From positions 167,469 to 231,468 of the forward strand of contig JANXDI010000015.1 in the NCBI GenBank assembly GCA_025059595.1: 64,000 nt of DNA. The letters are read 5' to 3'. Position 1 is the stretch's first letter; each line of letters starts with the position of its first letter. The notes under the pieces were generated by a model that saw only the letters and a program-made list of their open reading frames with translations, ran no database searches and was not told where the DNA came from. The translations under genes were made by a program, and so were the position numbers. Below are positions 62,994 through 64,000 of this stretch, piece by piece. The stretch comes from Candidatus Calditenuaceae archaeon (GTDB taxonomy: Archaea > Thermoproteota > Nitrososphaeria_A > Caldarchaeales > Calditenuaceae).

Positions 62994-64000
62994 CGTCCAA
63001 AGGGACAACTAACAAAAACTCGTTTAAAGTATATTCAGCCCTCCGATAATGAATTAACTTCTACCCTATAGATCCGTTCTTTATGGACACGCTGTGTCTA
63101 GCGTTAGTGTTTGGATACGATACTAATCGAGTGCTATCGCTAAGAATTTTCCAATCCAATTAAGATTACTATGAGCTGGACCAGATGGATATTTTAACAG
63201 GCGAATTACGACTCCTTTTTTAGACCTGTACTAGCGCACTCATGACATATTCCCCATTGCCATTCAGGCTATTTTACATTTATCCAGCTGCATGTCCTCT
63301 TCCTCAGACTTTAGAATCACCAGATAATGGCAAGCCACATGGCTCATCTTTCAGCGAAGTAGCCTCAGTATATCAATTCCATTGTGTGGACGCCAATCCG
63401 ATTAATTCCCACAACGTTGACGTTCACTCCTTGTAACGCGTTTCTGAACTATGCAAACCCGTATACTAATATCCCACTCAATGCTTACTTTTTTAACTTT
63501 ATAATTATATCAAAAGCCTTTGCCAGTTTAAGCTCAATTATGAGTGATTGCGCTAGTACGTGTAAGAGAAGTATATCTTCTGCGCACATAATCGGTTGCC
63601 CCATTATAACATGATATCTAAAAATCAGGTCAGGCAACATTCACTGTTCCTGAGTTCTCAGATCCATCTCTCCACCCCAACCTCAACAACCAGCTACAAT
63701 TAAGCCACCTAAGAATCTCACTCGGCGGCTTTAACAGATGGGTCGACCATTTACATGAGATGAGCTATGCTCTTGGGGCTGACTATTCAAACACTGACAT
63801 TATTACTTCCTCTCAAATACTCTTTACCCACTTGATACGTGAGCAACTATTCACCCTACAACTCCTAAAGATCGGCTCACATCGAGTGCTTAGAAGTTGA
63901 CTCAAGCCTCATCGTGCGAAGAGCTTCAAAAAGTCTTGAGCTTAAACCTTGATCCACGTGTCTTCACTCAGAGAACCCTTCATTGAGGAAATAGTCCCAC
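62994..64000. other. ORF-free A+T-rich region (non-coding DNA or decayed gene remnants)
   Basis: Only two short overlapping ORFs (64 and 76 aa) appear in about 1 kb. All six frames are interrupted after 63614. A spot count gives 15/60 G+C at 63481-63540. Confidence 0.6.

Noticed and set aside
63228-63559. 11-bp inverted repeat (GTACTAGCGCA at 63228-63238, TGCGCTAGTAC at 63549-63559) as possible terminal inverted repeats of a miniature element
   Set aside because: One 11-mer inverted match within about 1 kb is not far from chance expectation, roughly 0.1 by a rough estimate. There are no flanking target-site duplications or further extension of the match.
1-64000. Search for CRISPR arrays, rRNA genes, IS elements, integrases, Cas proteins, toxin-antitoxin pairs, reverse transcriptases and retron/DGR-like elements
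   Set aside because: I found no regularly spaced direct repeats. No ORF has DDE/transposase, tyrosine-recombinase, RT (YxDD), PIN/VapC or Cas motifs that I could recognise by eye.
61654-64000. tRNA-Ser as the attachment site of an integrated element explaining the A+T-rich DNA
   Set aside because: The A+T-rich DNA lies on the 5' side of the tRNA, whereas integrative elements normally sit 3' of the intact tRNA copy. No integrase ORF is visible. I found no second copy of the tRNA 3' half (for example GGTTCAAATCCC or its complement) in 61741-64000. The idea remains possible only if the element extends beyond the window.

Overview
This is a densely coded, fairly G+C-rich archaeal chromosome segment. 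The gene content is of the TACK/Thermoproteota type: Alba, Orc1/Cdc6, RFC large and small subunits, Topo VI-A, aEF-2, ribosomal proteins S8e and S26e, Gar1, SRP19, Rio1, PAC2, and TATA boxes about 25-30 nt upstream of many start codons. I cannot assign a genus. I support about 66 protein-coding genes and one tRNA-Ser(GCU). I saw no rRNA, CRISPR array, transposase, integrase, Cas gene, toxin-antitoxin pair or reverse transcriptase. Most genes are housekeeping (replication, translation, nucleotide and cofactor metabolism) or transporters (an Opp-type importer and two ABC-2 exporters). I did not find an unambiguous new system. The loci I consider most worth follow-up are listed below.
(1) An orphan 1045-aa SF2 helicase with a DDID motif II and an uncharacterised C-terminal region of about 600 aa (55.8-58.9 kb).
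(2) A more A+T-rich locus encoding a 1067-aa multidomain S8 protease, convergent with a small membrane-anchored Ig-like ORF that reads like a BsuPI-type protease inhibitor (50.0-54.2 kb).
(3) A putative copper-handling module, CopG/DUF411 plus a Met/Trp-rich membrane protein plus a PepSY protein, divergent from a membrane-tethered wHTH (33.5-35.8 kb).
(4) A tRNA-Ser lying 5 nt upstream of a PAC2-Hsp20 gene pair. A compositional break follows it, together with about 1 kb of ORF-free A+T-rich DNA at the window end.
(5) A stand-alone FMN glutamate-synthase-like gene paired with an AsnA-like class II aaRS paralogue.
All functional calls come from motifs read by eye in the supplied translations. 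No database search or window-wide statistic was run. Many start codons are uncertain.
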